Shown here piece after piece: positions 61,475-64,000 of a stretch of 64,000 nt of DNA (its first letter is position 1; each line of letters begins with the position of its first letter). Made by a program: the position numbers and the translations under genes. The stretch is from Methanomicrobia archaeon DTU008. GTDB taxonomy: Archaea; Thermoplasmatota; Thermoplasmata; Methanomassiliicoccales; Methanomassiliicoccaceae. Under the pieces are notes generated by a model. The model did not search any database and was not told the origin of the DNA. It saw only the letters and a program-made list of their open reading frames with translations. The stretch is from the NCBI GenBank assembly GCA_001512965.1, contig LFRW01000043.1, positions 23,287-87,286 on the forward strand, given 5' to 3'.

Positions 61475-62536
61475 TCAGCGAACGACACCGCGCAACCTAT
61501 CACCAGCGAGATGCTTGATCTTCTCTATCAGCTCACCTATCGTTCCCGGGTACTCGATCTCATCCTTGCCGTGGAATATCCTCTCACGGACCAGGGCGCC
61601 GACCTGATCGTCGTTGCTTGGACGTAGAACGATCCGAACCGATCCTTCAGCGGCCCTCCGGTCCATACAGATACCGTCCTCGTCACCGTCCACGATGCCT
61701 ATCACCGGTACGTTCAATCTTGCAAGCAGCGAGGTCGCGATGCATGTTGTGTCATCTCCCACCGATACCGCGGCCTTTATGTCCTGTCCACGGAACAGGG
61801 CGTCCTCGGCGCGATGATCGATTAGTATGACCCTATCGCCGGCCACGTGAAGACGTCGATCGCCACCTATGGTCCTACGCACCGAACCGGACCGGATTAT
61901 CGCCTTGCTGAGGTCCGTGATCGATAGTTTGGATATGCCATGCTCCTTCGGTTCCAGACCGGTGAAGACCAGCTCGCCCTTGACCAATCGCACTTCCACG
62001 ACCTCGTCGATCGCCTTCCCGACCACTATGCCGTTTATCCACACGTTCTCCCCGATCTCCACGCCGGATATCACGCGCCGGTTCGGGGAAGGCGTCGGAA
62101 TGATGGAGGGCGGCGCCTCCCTCAAGCCCATCGAACGGATGAGGGATGCGGTGGCCGGACTCATCGGCGGTTTCCACCCGATGTAGAAGCCGTCGTCGAT
62201 CTGCACAAGTGGGACCTTGAGACGCTGGATGACGCGGGATACCACCATCTGGCCGAAAGCCTGTCCCGATGCGGGCGTCTTGGAGGAGTTCAACAATATG
62301 ACCTCGTCGCTGCGTCGGTCCATCTCCACTATCGCTTCCGACACGAGTTGACGACCCTTGACGATCACCCGGTCCTGCAGACCAGCGTCGATCAGGGCAG
62401 CGAAGCCCATGGCGCCACCTATCGTCGCCTCCACCTCTCCCAAGGCGCCTAGCCTATCGAGCACCTTCGCCGCGACCCCGGAATCGATGACCTCTGGGCC
62501 ATGAATGACCACGCCATACCTCATAGCGCGTCCCAT
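61475..62536 (-). CDS. conserved archaeal hypothetical protein with C-terminal Toprim-like acidic motif
   Basis: 353 aa. VSVGDDTTCIATSLLARLNVPVIGIVDGDEDGI resembles a Toprim E...DxD arrangement. The central VWINGIVVGKA segment is beta-barrel-like. Family not recognised. Confidence 0.4.
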   Translation of the reverse strand: MGRAMRYGVVIHGPEVIDSGVAAKVLDRLGALGEVEATIGGAMGFAALIDAGLQDRVIVKGRQLVSEAIVEMDRRSDEVILLNSSKTPASGQAFGQMVVSRVIQRLKVPLVQIDDGFYIGWKPPMSPATASLIRSMGLREAPPSIIPTPSPNRRVISGVEIGENVWINGIVVGKAIDEVVEVRLVKGELVFTGLEPKEHGISKLSITDLSKAIIRSGSVRRTIGGDRRLHVAGDRVILIDHRAEDALFRGQDIKAAVSVGDDTTCIATSLLARLNVPVIGIVDGDEDGICMDRRAAEGSVRIVLRPSNDDQVGALVRERIFHGKDEIEYPGTIGELIEKIKHLAGDRLRGVVR

Positions 62537-62558
62537 TATGGCGCAATGATTGATAAAG

Positions 62559-63701
62559 TCAGCCCCGGCCCGTCGCTATGCCCTGCTCCATCGAGCGTAT
62601 CTCAAGTGTGCGGATCAGGTCCGAACGCGAGACGATGCCCACCAGCCGTTCCCCTTCCATGACAAGAAGTCGTCCCACCTGCTGCCTTGCTATCATCTGG
62701 ATGGCGTCCTCCGCCGGGGTGTCCGGGGATACCGCGATGATGTTGCGGCTCATGATGCTGCGGATCTCCGTATCATAGTGGTGCGAGGCGGGAACGCCCT
62801 GGGCATCCTGAAGGGTGACGATCCCCACCACACGGTCGCCGTCCATGACGGGATATCCCATGTGCTTCTCCCGCATTATCTTGTCCAGCAGCTCCCTCAC
62901 CGTCATGTTGGGCGTCACGACGCTCAGTTCACGCGTCATGATGTTGCCCACCGTGACGCCTTCCAACGCCTTTCCGACCAGCGTGCTCCGCTCCTCCTCC
63001 TTCGCCCCGAAGTATATGAAGAGGGCGATGAGGATCAACCAGATGTTGAAGAAGAATCCGAAGATGGCCATGGCGACCGCTATCGCCTTGCCGACCGCCA
63101 CCGCGATCCTGGTGGCAGGTATGAACCCCATGCGCTTGGCCAAGGCCGAACGCAGAACCCGGCCCCCATCCATCGGGAACGCCGGGATGATGTTGAACCC
63201 TGCCAGCAGGATGTTGTAGAAGCTCATCATGCTGAACATGGTGGCCACTATCACGCTGACGAGCCCCGTCTCCTCTCGCAGCAGCAGCCAGAAGGGGAGG
63301 AGGACAACACCGATCACGAAGCTGGTCGCTGGCCCCACGAAGGCCATGAACCCTTCCCCCAACGCCTCCTTGGGCTGCTTCTCGATCTCCGACACCCCGC
63401 CGAAGATGAACAGGGTGATTCCTGAGATCTGATAACCGCGGCGAAGGGCTACGATAGAATGGGCCAGCTCATGAAGGAGCACGGCGGAGAAGAACAGAAC
63501 GGCGGCGATGAGGCCCAGGCCCAGCTTCCCTGGCCAATCCAGAGGGAGGTCGCCGAAACCAAGACGGAAGCCGAACAGATCGGGGACGAAGGTGAACCCG
63601 AAGACCAGCGCGAAGAAAGGGAGGATGAAGAGGAAGGAGATGTGTATCTTGATGGGTATCCCCTTCACCCTGCCCATCTGGAGCGACGACCTCATGCCCA
63701 T
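62559..63701 (-). CDS. site-2 protease (M50) family metalloprotease with tandem CBS domains
   Basis: HELAHSIVALRRGY (HExxH) and a second motif, NIIPAFPMDGGRVL. The C-terminal CBS pair reads VGNIMTRE...VMDGDRVVGIVT and IMSRNII...VMEGERLVGIVS. Confidence 0.85.
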   Translation of the reverse strand: MGMRSSLQMGRVKGIPIKIHISFLFILPFFALVFGFTFVPDLFGFRLGFGDLPLDWPGKLGLGLIAAVLFFSAVLLHELAHSIVALRRGYQISGITLFIFGGVSEIEKQPKEALGEGFMAFVGPATSFVIGVVLLPFWLLLREETGLVSVIVATMFSMMSFYNILLAGFNIIPAFPMDGGRVLRSALAKRMGFIPATRIAVAVGKAIAVAMAIFGFFFNIWLILIALFIYFGAKEEERSTLVGKALEGVTVGNIMTRELSVVTPNMTVRELLDKIMREKHMGYPVMDGDRVVGIVTLQDAQGVPASHHYDTEIRSIMSRNIIAVSPDTPAEDAIQMIARQQVGRLLVMEGERLVGIVSRSDLIRTLEIRSMEQGIATGRG

Positions 63702-63734
63702 ACAATTGGCAGGGCGGGGATAATTATGGTTTGG

Positions 63735-64000
63735 TTAGTGCGAATGGCCCGTCATCAATGTGATGATGTACATGAAGACGATGCCCAGCACGACCATGAG
63801 GAAGGCACGGTACCCTCTCTTCTCAAGGTGGAACGCCTCCGGAAGCAGATCGCATATCCCCACGTACAGGAACGTGCCTGCCGCCAGCGCCAGGGGGAAG
63901 CCGACCTCTATCCCCTCCATGAAGTCGATGAGCGGCACCGCCGCGAAGGCCGCCACGGGAACCAGGAGGGAGAATGCGGCCACGAGGAACATGGATCGCC
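63735..64000 (-). CDS. ZIP-family metal transporter, C-terminal part (gene continues beyond the right edge)
   Basis: LALAAGTFLYVGICDLLPEAF and a terminal GHSH. The frame stays open upstream of the ATG at 63992 to the window end. Confidence 0.6.
   Translation of the reverse strand, partial: RSMFLVAAFSLLVPVAAFAAVPLIDFMEGIEVGFPLALAAGTFLYVGICDLLPEAFHLEKRGYRAFLMVVLGIVFMYIITLMTGHSH

Noticed and set aside
1-64000. CRISPR arrays, transposases, integrases, prophage or toxin-antitoxin pairs
   Set aside because: I looked for regularly spaced direct repeats and for recombinase or transposase motifs in all listed ORFs and found none. The only repeats are short promoter-proximal elements.

Overview
GC-rich archaeal window, about 60% G+C by eye. 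It reads as the core methanogenesis island of a methyl-reducing methanogen. Gene content and order fit Methanomassiliicoccales best, but that is inference, since no search could be run.

Left third, mostly minus strand:
- mtmC-mtmB, a monomethylamine methyltransferase pair. mtmB carries an in-frame UAG at 3908-3910, read as pyrrolysine.
- atwA-mcrC, the MCR activation genes.
- mcrB-D-G-A followed by a small sixth gene.
- ycaO-tfuA, the McrA thioglycine system, with a divergent SAM methyltransferase next to it.
- An Lrp regulator, ramA, an MT2 (MtaA/MtbA-type) gene and an orphan corrinoid protein.

A stand-alone LigD-type polymerase domain and a nuclease/phosphoesterase trio are interleaved with these genes.

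Middle:
- Housekeeping genes: argF, tRNA-His, rtcB, an HD hydrolase, sepF, a PUA protein and an E1-like ThiF.
- Two ABC-2 exporters.
- A glycan-precursor and flippase cluster: ugd, galU, uxs, an epimerase and two Wzx-like flippases.

Right end:
- cooS-cooC-cooT behind an ArsR/SmtB regulator.
- Divergent from it, a block of visibly lower G+C: acr3, a miniature CFeSP/HgcA-like corrinoid-domain protein and a double zinc-ribbon protein.

Most interesting observations:
1. The ArsR-linked mini corrinoid protein. Its Fe-S module is degenerate and its cap helix matches neither HgcA nor CFeSP.
2. A GGATGG-N5-CCATCC palindrome at three methanogenesis-associated intergenic sites. One copy overlaps the promoter of a wHTH gene.
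3. An uncharacterised SAM methyltransferase beside ycaO-tfuA-mcr, a candidate McrA-modifying enzyme.
4. An MT2 gene whose conserved N-terminus can only be translated from an ACG codon placed 6 nt after a GGAGGT Shine-Dalgarno.
5. An Rh-type ammonium channel lacking its N-terminal third and fused head-to-head with mtmC.
6. A pentapeptide-repeat loop inside an ABC-2 permease.

No CRISPR array, transposase or integrase was seen. All family assignments come from motifs I recognise by eye. Starts are often uncertain because ORFs over-extend in GC-rich DNA.
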